From assembly GCA_041751995.1 (NCBI GenBank), contig JBGSHY010000059.1:1313-65312 (forward strand): a stretch of 64,000 nt of DNA, given 5' to 3'. This document shows positions 17,679 through 25,738 of this stretch, piece after piece. The stretch comes from Rhizobiaceae bacterium. Lineage in GTDB: Bacteria; Pseudomonadota; Alphaproteobacteria; Rhizobiales; Rhizobiaceae. A model generated the notes under the pieces. The model saw only the letters and a list, made by a program, of their open reading frames with translations, had not been told where the DNA came from and ran no database searches. The translations under genes and the position numbers were made by a program. The first letter of the stretch is position 1. Each line of letters opens with the position of its first letter.

Positions 17679-18014
17679 ATGAGTATCGGACTGCTCGTTG
17701 GCGCGTTTGTTGCCGGAACGTCCCTGGCCGCTTTGGCTGGTAATTTTGCAGAAGGGCGTGCGCGCCTGCCTGCGAGGCTTGACCGTCCGTTTGTAGACAG
17801 CAATCGGATTGGTTGGTCTCTGGTCCAAGTGCTGATCGCCGGACCCTATCTTCTTGTCGGTGAAATGTCCGCCGCCTGCGAGGAAGGCCGTTGCAGCCGG
17901 TTTACCTGGTTTACGTCCATTCTGTTTGCTGCGCTTTGGTGTCTTGCGAGCGGGATTCTTTGCCTTGAATTGCTTTGGCAAATCGCTCAGCTTCTCGGCT
18001 CAACGGCAGTCTGA
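17679..18014 (+). CDS. Hypothetical small membrane protein
   Basis: 111 aa with three hydrophobic segments. Divergent from the upstream gene and 12 nt before the next gene. Confidence 0.45.
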   Translation: MSIGLLVGAFVAGTSLAALAGNFAEGRARLPARLDRPFVDSNRIGWSLVQVLIAGPYLLVGEMSAACEEGRCSRFTWFTSILFAALWCLASGILCLELLWQIAQLLGSTAV

Positions 18015-18026
18015 GGATGGAACCAA

Positions 18027-18554
18027 ATGACCGACTACTCAATTGATGGCATTGCGCCGACCTACGATGACCGTGGCAGCACATATGTGGCGCCCGGGGC
18101 CATGGTCATCGGAAAGGTCAAACTCGGGCGCAACGTCAACATCTGGCCCTACGCGGTCATTCGCGGCGACAATGAGCTGATTGCGATCGGCACAGGTTCG
18201 AATGTGCAGGAACACACCATGATGCACACGGATCCGGGCTTTCCGCTCGTGGTTGGCGAAAACTGCACCGTCGGACATCGGGCCTTGCTTCATGGCTGCA
18301 CAGTCGGTGACAACAGCCTGATCGGCATGGGGGCCATTGTGCTGAACGGCGCAAAAATCGGACGGAATTCACTCGTTGGAGCGGGGGCGCTTGTGACCGA
18401 GGGCAAACATTTTCCCGACGGAAGCCTGATCGTTGGTTCACCCGCGCGGGCAGTACGCACTCTCGACGATGGCGCCATTGCGAAGCTTAAGGCATCCGCT
18501 GAACATTATGTGGCCAATGGCAAACGCTTCAAGGCCGGCCTGCAAGAAATTTGA
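18027..18554 (+). CDS. Gamma carbonic anhydrase family / hexapeptide-repeat protein
   Basis: Left-handed beta-helix repeats and motifs NIWPYAVIRGD, IGTGSNVQEHTMMH, VGHRALLHGC. Confidence 0.85.
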   Translation: MTDYSIDGIAPTYDDRGSTYVAPGAMVIGKVKLGRNVNIWPYAVIRGDNELIAIGTGSNVQEHTMMHTDPGFPLVVGENCTVGHRALLHGCTVGDNSLIGMGAIVLNGAKIGRNSLVGAGALVTEGKHFPDGSLIVGSPARAVRTLDDGAIAKLKASAEHYVANGKRFKAGLQEI

Positions 18555-18572
18555 CGTGAATACTGTAGCCTG

Positions 18573-18611
18573 AAAAAGGCGGAGCCGGCGCCTGGGGAAA
18601 GCGCCGGCTCC
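18573..18611 (-). terminator. Intrinsic terminator downstream of the BTLCP gene
   Basis: Perfect 11-bp stem GGAGCCGGCGC/GCGCCGGCTCC (18581-18591 and 18601-18611). On the minus strand it is followed by GCCTTTTTC. Confidence 0.6.
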
Positions 18612-18669
18612 TGTACACCGGTCGTTGGGGACGGGGGGTGGGGACTCGACCGGGTATCTCGTGAAACTG

Positions 18670-19269
18670 TTATTTTCCCAGGCTGCCGACGATGACTTGA
18701 CGATTGTCTTCGATGGAAACCCATTGTGAGGAGTTGCGGTCGGACTGGCGCTTGAGGAAACGGTAATCTGTGTCATCCCAGGGCAGAATTTTTGGCTCAA
18801 GGTTATCGAGCACGAAATCGCCGCGATCAGTCCTGACAGTCAAAACGGCATGGCCTGCACCATTTTTCTGGCGCACGACGGTGATCAGCAGATTGGATGC
18901 AGGTATGCCGCGCTCCTGGAGTTGCTTCTGCTTGAGAAGGACATAGTCCTCGCAGTCACCTCGGTTGACCGGATAGGACCACTTCTCTTCGGTTCCCCAG
19001 AGATCCATGTCTGTCACCGGCTCAATCATCGTGTTGATCGAGTTGTTGACGTCCTGCATTGCAGACCAAAGATTGCGAGTGAGTTTCACCACTGAAGGCT
19101 TTGCAGCCTTTGCGCGGCAATCGGTCGGATTGTCCTGGCAAAACTGGTAGTGGCCAATTGGCTGGCTGGTACGCATGCCCGAGGGCATGAAACTTGCGGC
19201 ATTGGCTGCCGCCATCATGATCGGCAGAGCGGCTATCGCCAGCAGTCCTGATCTTATTTTGTTTTTCAT
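18670..19269 (-). CDS. Bacterial transglutaminase-like cysteine peptidase (BTLCP, LapG-like)
   Basis: Signal peptide MKNKIRSGLLAIAALPIMMAAANA. Catalytic-type motifs NRGDCEDYVLLK (Cys), GHAVLTV (His), FVLDN (Asp). Start at ATG 19269 inside ORF 18670-19335. Confidence 0.85.
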   Translation of the reverse strand: MKNKIRSGLLAIAALPIMMAAANAASFMPSGMRTSQPIGHYQFCQDNPTDCRAKAAKPSVVKLTRNLWSAMQDVNNSINTMIEPVTDMDLWGTEEKWSYPVNRGDCEDYVLLKQKQLQERGIPASNLLITVVRQKNGAGHAVLTVRTDRGDFVLDNLEPKILPWDDTDYRFLKRQSDRNSSQWVSIEDNRQVIVGSLGK

Positions 19270-19481
19270 TGTCCCGTTCCCTGTATGGAAACAACAATGA
19301 CAGAGATGTTTTGACATCACGCAAAGTAATGTCACGGCATTCTAAGTAACGTTTACATGTAATTGAATTGTATTTGGAGTTATATTTAGTTTTATTTGTA
19401 TAAAAGTCTTCCCGTCACCGAAGCAGAAAATTTACCACAACAGATCTGGGGCGAATGTGAGAACTGAAACACGGATGATTC

Positions 19482-19513
19482 AAAAACAAAAAAGGCGCGG
19501 ACCATGCCGCGCC
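19482..19513 (-). terminator. Intrinsic terminator downstream of the PilZ gene
   Basis: Minus-strand RNA reads GGCGCGG-CAUGGU-CCGCGCC followed by UUUUUUGUUUUU, 27 nt after the PilZ stop. Confidence 0.7.
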
Positions 19514-19539
19514 ATCTAAATGAGAGGTATTGTCGGAAA

Positions 19540-20136
19540 CTAACTGGCGAATGCGGCGTCGAGTGTTTCAGCCCGTTGGAGCACCGCGAATTCAATTGCG
19601 CAGCCATCAACAAAATGGCGCACGACCTGGCCGCGCATCGTGCCAAGTGTAACTTGTGTGCCAAGCGCAGGCCGCACATCGGTTTCAACAGCAGCGCCGG
19701 ACAGGGACAGATCGACAATCCGGCATTCATATTGCCGGCCATCATTGAGCGCCAAAACCGTTATCGGGTTACGAGGCGCAACACGTTCATGGCGACGGTC
19801 TTCAGGCAGATCCAGTTCATGACGATTTGCAAGCCAGGTCAACTGAGCAGCAAGTTTGTCTTTCTTGCGTTCCGACGCGAGAATGGTCATGGCAAAGCCG
19901 TCGGGCAGGGTGCGGGTAAGTACACCTTCCACCCGGCCGATATGATCGATGTAGGCAATAACCTTTTCACCAAGTCCGCCGGTGTGGTCGGCTATGAACG
20001 AGCAGTTGCCGGGCGACATGTCGACAACTTGGCAAGGATACTCCGTGCGATCCTCAAGCATGTAACGGCCGTAGAGCTTGACATGCACACGCTGAAAATC
20101 GCGACGTTCTGATCGGCTTGCAGTTGCTGCGCTCAT
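19540..20136 (-). CDS. PilZ domain protein (two PilZ-like halves)
   Basis: RSERRDFQR plus DMSPGN in the first half, and EDRRHERV plus DLSLSGA in the second half, fit the RxxxR / D-x-S-x-x-G c-di-GMP motifs. ATG 20136 chosen; the ORF opens at GTG 20160. Confidence 0.8.
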   Translation of the reverse strand: MSAATASRSERRDFQRVHVKLYGRYMLEDRTEYPCQVVDMSPGNCSFIADHTGGLGEKVIAYIDHIGRVEGVLTRTLPDGFAMTILASERKKDKLAAQLTWLANRHELDLPEDRRHERVAPRNPITVLALNDGRQYECRIVDLSLSGAAVETDVRPALGTQVTLGTMRGQVVRHFVDGCAIEFAVLQRAETLDAAFAS

Positions 20137-20239
20137 GGTTTTGTTCGCCAAATCAATCACAGGCGCTATTGCCCATAATTCGAATTTGACGTTACAAATC
20201 TTCCATTAACAAGTCGTAACCCTTAACGCGCCAAGTGAC

Positions 20240-20917
20240 CTATTTCTGCACATCTTCGGACAATCCGCCCGCAATAACGGTCAAATGTCCAAAACGCCTC
20301 GCCGGTTCATTCCTCGACATGTAAATCGACCTCGGTCCGGACAGGTTTTCGAGGGAAGGGCCTATCGGCGGGACATCGACCCTCGGCCGGTTGTTGAGGA
20401 ACACCAACTCCTTGTCCGGATCGATGACCCGCACAGAAGTCACACGGCTTTCAACGATCGGGTCGGCGCCAAGCCAGTAAGGCTTTTCGGAGGGGAAAAT
20501 GGCCCCGAACAGGCGTGTGCTTTCCGTCGTGTTGGCGAGTGGCATGAAAATGGCTTCAAAACCAAGAACTCGGCGACCTTTCGAAATGCCATCGAAGGTT
20601 ATCATGCTCACGGTTTTTTCCGAGAAGCAGGCATTCGCCAAGCGTTTGATCAGGCTGATGTCCGTCAGGGAAAACAGGCTGAAAAAAGCATAGTTCTTGA
20701 GTTCGCGTCCATAAATGGCACACACCCGGGTGCCAGCCAGCCGGAAGGTGACATCCTTGCGCATGCCTTGTTCGAGAATGAAGGTATCAGCCAAATGTGC
20801 GCGAATATCCACAGGTTCGATCTGCGTGCGCAACGGGGCGGGCTTTCCGTCGCGTATCCGGTTCCAGTAGAGGAATAGGTCGGTTGTACCGGGGTTGCTC
20901 ATTGGAATTCCCATCAT
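20240..20917 (-). CDS. PAS_5 (PF07310-type) domain protein
   Basis: LFLYWNRIRDGKPAPLRTQIEPVDIRAHLADTFILE...FRLAGTRVCAIYGRELK matches the family pattern as I know it from Rhizobiales. Confidence 0.75.
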   Translation of the reverse strand: MMGIPMSNPGTTDLFLYWNRIRDGKPAPLRTQIEPVDIRAHLADTFILEQGMRKDVTFRLAGTRVCAIYGRELKNYAFFSLFSLTDISLIKRLANACFSEKTVSMITFDGISKGRRVLGFEAIFMPLANTTESTRLFGAIFPSEKPYWLGADPIVESRVTSVRVIDPDKELVFLNNRPRVDVPPIGPSLENLSGPRSIYMSRNEPARRFGHLTVIAGGLSEDVQK

Positions 20918-21089
20918 GCCTGTTCTGTCTGTCCTGTGCCAAAACGGGATGATTCTTTTCCGGTTCGGTCACATCAATGATGGCTGAGCAGGTTCCATGC
21001 CAGTCACTCTTTAGGTGCTGGCTGGGTTATCAACGGGCGAGGCGCGTTAAGGTTAACAGGTGGTTTACGTTGCCATGACAGAGGTGTTG

Positions 21090-21105
21090 TGGCACATAGA
21101 ATGCA
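21090..21105 (+). promoter_or_regulatory. Candidate sigma-54 (-24/-12) promoter
   Basis: TGGCACATAGAATGCA versus consensus TGGCAC-N5-TTGCA. GG and GC are separated by exactly 10 nt. Intergenic, pointing toward 21258. Confidence 0.35.
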
Positions 21106-21115
21106 CTTCACGAAG

Positions 21116-21216
21116 CCGTTGGCTTTGCAGCATTAAACTGATTTTGGGTCGTTCTCGGGGGAGAGCAGGGGCTCGAAAGGCCGCTCAGGGCGAAAGCCTC
21201 GGGCGGCCATTTTTTT
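21116..21216 (+). ncRNA. Candidate small RNA or terminated leader of about 100 nt
   Basis: Bounded by the sigma-54-like promoter and the terminator at 21179-21216. No upstream plus-strand gene could be using this terminator. Confidence 0.3.
21179..21216 (+). terminator. Intrinsic terminator in an intergenic region (orphan)
   Basis: GGCCGCTCAGGGC-GAAA-GCCTCGGGCGGCC (13 positions, one mismatch, GNRA loop) followed by ATTTTTTT. Lies 42 nt upstream of the rhomboid gene start. Confidence 0.65.
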
Positions 21217-21257
21217 AACCAGTTTAGGGCCGTATCTGATCGAAGACTGGAGTCCCC

Positions 21258-21950
21258 ATGACGTTTGAACAGACGCCAACAGACCGCCAACCGGCGCTAA
21301 ACATTCCCGGCAGCATATTGGTGGTGCTGGCGCTTTGCATTGGAATTCATTTCGGCAGGGAATATCTTCTGGGCGCGGACAGCGACCTCTATGTCCTGTT
21401 CTATGGCTCGTTCATTCCGGCCCGCTATGCGGAAAGCCTGAACTGGGAAGCGTTCACCAGTCCGGTGACCTATTCCTTGCTGCATGGCAGCGTCGCGCAT
21501 TTGCTGAACAATGCCATTTGGCTGGTTGCCTTTGGCAGCCCTGTCGCAAAAGCGATGAACAATTTACGTTTTAGCCTGTTCTGGATTGCGTGCGCGGTGA
21601 TTGCAGCCCTTTTCCACTATCTGGCTGACCCCGCAAGCATTGTGCCAATGATCGGCGCGTCAGGTGCCGTTTCAGGCATGATGGGCGCTGCCGCGCGTTC
21701 CGGTTTCCGGCTGAAAGCAGACCACGATTCCGGCAAGCGGGCTCTTGTTTTGCCGCCAATCGCCTTGCTGGCAAAATCACGGTCAGTGCTGACTTTCCTT
21801 GGATTTTACCTGCTGATCAATATAGGTATCGGCGTATTTGGCGGGACTTCCGGATCGGCAATTGCTGATATTGCCTGGCAGGCCCATATCGGCGGATTGA
21901 TCGCGGGTTTTATGTTGCTCCCGATTTTTCTGAAGCAGGCAGGACGTTAA
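21258..21950 (+). CDS. Rhomboid family intramembrane serine protease
   Basis: Multi-pass membrane protein with GASGAVSGMMGAA (catalytic Ser) and HIGGLIAGF (catalytic His). Confidence 0.85.
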   Translation: MTFEQTPTDRQPALNIPGSILVVLALCIGIHFGREYLLGADSDLYVLFYGSFIPARYAESLNWEAFTSPVTYSLLHGSVAHLLNNAIWLVAFGSPVAKAMNNLRFSLFWIACAVIAALFHYLADPASIVPMIGASGAVSGMMGAAARSGFRLKADHDSGKRALVLPPIALLAKSRSVLTFLGFYLLINIGIGVFGGTSGSAIADIAWQAHIGGLIAGFMLLPIFLKQAGR

Positions 21951-22080
21951 ACACATCCGCGTTTTCACTTGAATTATGATATTTTCAGGCGCACCTTTCC
22001 GTTGCGTCTTCCGCTTGGTGCGGTGTGGCAAATCCTGATGCGGCGGCGCGGATTTTTGCATGCCAACAGGGAGGCCAGAA

Positions 22081-22512
22081 ATGTCGGTTAAAGCCATACT
22101 TGCAGACAAGGGCAGTGAAGTTCTCACGGTCACTTCAGATTCTACCGTGGATCACGCGGTTGCGCTGCTGGCAAAGCACAGGATTGGCGCGTTGGTCGTC
22201 GCAGATGCTACCGGAACCATCCGCGGCATTATTTCCGAACGGGACGTAATCCGCCACATTGCTGAAGACGGCGTTGGAATCCTCAGTCAGAAAATCGCAA
22301 CCGTGATGACAGCCAATGTCAAAGTCTGCTCGGAAAATCACACGGTCAATGAAGTGATGGAAATCATGACCCGTGGCCGCTTCCGCCATTTGCCGGTTGA
22401 ACGCGGCGGCAAACTGATTGGCGTCATTTCCATCGGCGATGTGGTCAAGCGCAAAATCGAAGAGACGCAGCGCGAGGCGGACGAAATCCGGACCTATATC
22501 GCCACGGCGTGA
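22081..22512 (+). CDS. CBS domain pair protein
   Basis: Two CBS repeats (HRIGALVV and FRHLPVERGGKLIGVISIGD). ATG 22081 is preceded by GGGAGG; the ORF opens at 22060. Confidence 0.85.
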   Translation: MSVKAILADKGSEVLTVTSDSTVDHAVALLAKHRIGALVVADATGTIRGIISERDVIRHIAEDGVGILSQKIATVMTANVKVCSENHTVNEVMEIMTRGRFRHLPVERGGKLIGVISIGDVVKRKIEETQREADEIRTYIATA

Positions 22513-22521
22513 ATTTAGGTG

Positions 22522-23517
22522 TCAGGCAAAGGCGAGTTGCATCCGCTTGATGTCTTCCAGTTTTGATATGACCGACTCATAACCGATCTGAATCAGTTCG
22601 TCGGCGCGGTGGAATTCGGTCAAGCCGATGTTTCCAAGGCGCGGGTGGATGGCGAGGTCTGGGGGGTCTCCGGCAAGTTTCGCGCGCGAGATGCGGTCCT
22701 GAATGATGTTGAACGCTTCGACCATGGTGCCGGTGATGCCCAGCCGCTGGCTGCGCTCCAGCGTGACGTCGCCTGCATGGGCGCCATTGGCTTTTTCGCG
22801 GTTGGTCGGGCCGGCATCATGGCGCACAACAGCGGCGCGGCCGAAATGGTCGTAGTGCATGTTCACCGCGACAACGGCCGATTGCTCATAGGCGCGGCAG
22901 ACCGAGACAGGCACCGGATTGACCAGCGCGCCGTCGACCAGCAGGCGGTTGTTGCAGACCACTGGTTCAAACACACCGGGCAGAGCGAACGATGCGCGCA
23001 TTGCATTGATCAGCGAACCGCTTGACAGCCAGATTTCGTGTCCGGTCTTGATTTCTGCAGCGACGCAGACAAATGGCTTGCCAAGATCAGCAAAGGTTAT
23101 GTCTTCAAGGTGCGTGCGCAGTTTCTGATCCAGCTTCAGGCCGCCGAGCAGTCCGTTGCCGCCGAGATGAAAATCGAGCAGGCCAAAGATGCGTTTTTTG
23201 GTCAACGTGCGGGCAAATTCTTCCAGTGCGTCAAGCTTGCCTGCCAGATAGCAGCCGCCGACCAACGCGCCGATGGAGGTTCCGGCGATCATGCGGATCG
23301 GGATTTTGGCTTCGTCGAGCGCGCGCAACACGCCGATGTGCGCCCAGCCTTTTGCCACGCCGCCGCCCAAAGCCAGTGCAATGCCGCACTTGTCGGGCTT
23401 GGCTATTGCAGGCTTTGGCAAGCCAGGCGTTGAACCGGCGCTGCCAGTCGGTGCGTCACTGTGTAAACCAATGTCTGCCGCGCTGTTTGGCGCTTTTCGG
23501 GTTGCCCACTCGAGCAT
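22522..23517 (-). CDS. Patatin-like phospholipase
   Basis: Motifs GGGVAKGWAHIG (oxyanion), GTSIGA (GxSxG), DGALVNPVP (catalytic Asp). Confidence 0.85.
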   Translation of the reverse strand: MLEWATRKAPNSAADIGLHSDAPTGSAGSTPGLPKPAIAKPDKCGIALALGGGVAKGWAHIGVLRALDEAKIPIRMIAGTSIGALVGGCYLAGKLDALEEFARTLTKKRIFGLLDFHLGGNGLLGGLKLDQKLRTHLEDITFADLGKPFVCVAAEIKTGHEIWLSSGSLINAMRASFALPGVFEPVVCNNRLLVDGALVNPVPVSVCRAYEQSAVVAVNMHYDHFGRAAVVRHDAGPTNREKANGAHAGDVTLERSQRLGITGTMVEAFNIIQDRISRAKLAGDPPDLAIHPRLGNIGLTEFHRADELIQIGYESVISKLEDIKRMQLAFA

Positions 23518-23578
23518 GATCCCGTTCTCCTCTTTCCCAGAGGAAGACGATACAGCAGGAACCTATCCAAATGCTGAA

Positions 23579-23983
23579 TCAGTCTTTTTGCAACGTCCAG
23601 CCGTCCTTTTCACCGCCGACAACACGGTAAAAGCACGACCGGTGCCCAGTATGGCACGTCACATCGTCGCCTGCGACTTTCACCTTCAGCCACAGCGCGT
23701 CCTGATCGCAATCGGTGCGCAATTCGATGATGGTTTGCAGATTGCCGGAGGTTTCGCCCTTTTTCCAAAGCTGCTGGCGTGATCGTGACCAGTAATGCGC
23801 AATGCCGGTTTCCAGCGATAGGGCCAGCGATTGCGCATTCATGTGAGCGACCATCAACAACGCGCCGTCCGCCGCATCTGTGACGACAGCCGTGATCAAC
23901 CCGTTCGGGTCGAACTTCGGTGTGAACACCGAGCCGTCTTCAAGCTCATGCTTGTCAGTCGACGGGGTGGGGAATCCGGACAT
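23579..23983 (-). CDS. hisI: Phosphoribosyl-AMP cyclohydrolase
   Basis: Motifs [34 protein letters not shown] and [11 protein letters not shown]...[10 protein letters not shown]. Confidence 0.9.
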   Translation of the reverse strand: MSGFPTPSTDKHELEDGSVFTPKFDPNGLITAVVTDAADGALLMVAHMNAQSLALSLETGIAHYWSRSRQQLWKKGETSGNLQTIIELRTDCDQDALWLKVKVAGDDVTCHTGHRSCFYRVVGGEKDGWTLQKD

Positions 23984-23994
23984 GGCGAGACCTC

Positions 23995-24030
23995 AACAAA
24001 AATGCCGCGAACCTTGCGGGACGCGGCATT
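23995..24030 (-). terminator. Intrinsic terminator downstream of folE
   Basis: Minus-strand RNA reads AAUGCCGCG-loop-CGCGGCAUU followed by UUUGUUG, 37 nt after the folE stop. Confidence 0.65.
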
Positions 24031-24066
24031 GCATTACTGGAAATCTTCCGCAGAAGCGATGCGAAA

Positions 24067-24705
24067 TTATCCGCGCAACATGGTCATGAAACGGACCTGC
24101 TCGTTCGGATTGTCCTTGAACTCACCGGTGAACGAACTGGTTATCGTTTTGGACCCCTGCATTCTGATGCCGCGCATGGCCATGCACATATGCTCGGCTT
24201 CGATCATGATCGCAACGCCGCGCGGGCGCAGAACATCATCGATGCAAGCCGAAATCTGTGCCGTCATGGTTTCCTGCGTCTGCAAGCGGCGGGCGAAAAT
24301 GTCGACGACGCGGGCGATTTTTGACAGGCCAACCACTTTGCCATCCGGCAAATAGGCGACATGCGCCTTGCCGATGATTGGGACCATGTGATGCTCACAG
24401 TGCGAATGAAACGAGATATCCTTGATTAGGACCATGTCGTCATAGCCAGCGACTTCTTCAAAGGTGCGGCCAAGCTCCGCCGCCGGATCTTCGAAATAGC
24501 CACCAAACAACTCGCCATAGGCCTTGGCGACGCGGGCAGGCGTGTCGATCAGGCCTTCACGATCCGGATTGTCACCGGACCAGCGCAACAGGGTGCGCAC
24601 TGCCGCTTCCGCTTCTTCGCGCGAGGGGCGGACCAATTCTTTGGTGTTTTGATGTGGATCGACCAATCCATTGGTCAAACCGGCGGTTTTTACATAGGCA
24701 TCCAT
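24067..24705 (-). CDS. folE: GTP cyclohydrolase I
   Basis: [22 protein letters not shown] active-site region. Start chosen at ATG 24705 (MDAYVK...), which has GGGAGA 8 nt upstream; the ORF opens at 24783. Confidence 0.9.
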   Translation of the reverse strand: MDAYVKTAGLTNGLVDPHQNTKELVRPSREEAEAAVRTLLRWSGDNPDREGLIDTPARVAKAYGELFGGYFEDPAAELGRTFEEVAGYDDMVLIKDISFHSHCEHHMVPIIGKAHVAYLPDGKVVGLSKIARVVDIFARRLQTQETMTAQISACIDDVLRPRGVAIMIEAEHMCMAMRGIRMQGSKTITSSFTGEFKDNPNEQVRFMTMLRG

Positions 24706-24707
24706 TT

Positions 24708-24759
24708 GGCGTCTCCCGTAGTCCCACTCTACGGAGGGACGAGTTGAACGGACCACGCC
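24708..24759 (-). promoter_or_regulatory. Candidate folE-motif (THF-II-like) riboswitch / SD-sequestering leader hairpin
   Basis: Minus-strand RNA: GGCGU GGUCCGUUCAACUC GUCCCUCCGUAG AGUGGGA CUACGGGAGAC ACGCC. There is an outer 5-bp helix, an asymmetric internal loop and an inner helix of about 10 bp. The 3' strand contains the folE SD GGGAGA, and the AUG follows 5 nt after the hairpin. Confidence 0.4.
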
Positions 24760-24935
24760 AGACGAAAAAATATCCGGCGGCATTCGACGGGATCACCCGC
24801 CAGACCTTATTCAACATCGACCATATGGCAGATTGATGAAATTTCGATCCTGAACGTATATATAGGCGAAGTGAGACGATTTGAAGGGGTGACGCCGTCA
24901 CGTTCTGTTTCCGGAGCGTCACCAGAGAGCAAACA

Positions 24936-25376
24936 ATGATTGACGACGTCTACAATGCCAAAATCCTCGACTTTGCCGGCAATATCCCGCGCATCGGTCG
25001 CCTTGCGCATCCTGATGCGACGGCGACCGCGCATTCGAAACTATGCGGCTCGACGGTTATTGTCGATCTCAACGTCAAAGACGGCGTGGTGACGGATTTC
25101 GCCCATGACGTGAAAGCCTGCGCTTTGGGGCAGGCGAGCGCCTCCATCATGGCGCGCCATATCATTGGTGCGACCAAGGTTGAATTGCGGGCGGTACGCG
25201 AAACCATGCGCAAAATGCTCAAGGAAAACGGTCCCGCTCCGGACGGGCGGTTTGCGGAATTGAAATTTCTGGAGCCCGTACGTGACTACAAGGCGCGCCA
25301 TGCGTCCACGCTGCTGACGTTTGATGCAGTCGTCGATTGCCTTGACCAGATCGAGCGGAAATCGGCTGCGGCTTGA
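24936..25376 (+). CDS. Iron-sulfur cluster assembly scaffold (IscU/NifU N-terminal-like, SufU-type)
   Basis: YNAKILDFAGNIPRIGRL...HSKLCGSTV...VKACALGQASASIM pattern of NifU-like N-domain proteins. Confidence 0.8.
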   Translation: MIDDVYNAKILDFAGNIPRIGRLAHPDATATAHSKLCGSTVIVDLNVKDGVVTDFAHDVKACALGQASASIMARHIIGATKVELRAVRETMRKMLKENGPAPDGRFAELKFLEPVRDYKARHASTLLTFDAVVDCLDQIERKSAAA

Positions 25377-25380
25377 CCTG

Positions 25381-25734
25381 ATGTGCGCTGAACACTCTGA
25401 AGCCTCATCAAAACGCTCACGAAATTATCCGGGGCCGTGGCGCAAGACCCCCGGCCGTTTGTTCGGTACGGGGTTTGTGCGGCTCTATCAGCTGACGTTG
25501 TCGGGCTTCATCGGTAACAATTGTCGGCATCTGCCGACCTGCTCGGAATATGCCTACGAGGCGATTGCCCGGCATGGGCTTTGGTCCGGCGGATGGATGG
25601 GGCTATTCCGCGTCATGCGCTGCGGGCCCGGCGGCACCTGCGGCATCGACAATGTACCGGAAACGCTGGAGCCAAGGCTGAAATGGTATACGCCTTGGCG
25701 ATTCTGGCATTTGCACAGCGCGCACGGACACTGA
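25381..25734 (+). CDS. yidD: Membrane protein insertion efficiency factor YidD
   Basis: LYQLTLSGFIGNNCRHLPTCSEYAYEAIARHG..G..MGLFRVMRCGP motif. ATG 25381 follows the upstream stop; the ORF opens at 25321. Confidence 0.8.
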   Translation: MCAEHSEASSKRSRNYPGPWRKTPGRLFGTGFVRLYQLTLSGFIGNNCRHLPTCSEYAYEAIARHGLWSGGWMGLFRVMRCGPGGTCGIDNVPETLEPRLKWYTPWRFWHLHSAHGH

Positions 25735-25738
25735 CGCC

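Noticed and set aside
20221-21052. 12-bp perfect inverted repeat CCTTAACGCGCC / GGCGCGTTAAGG flanking the PAS_5 gene, considered as possible MITE/IS ends or a paired operator
   Set aside because: A 12-bp inverted match within about 1 kb is expected a few times by chance in 64 kb. The match degrades quickly outside the core. There is no target-site duplication and no transposase, and the enclosed gene is a normal member of the BTLCP/PilZ/PAS_5 neighbourhood.
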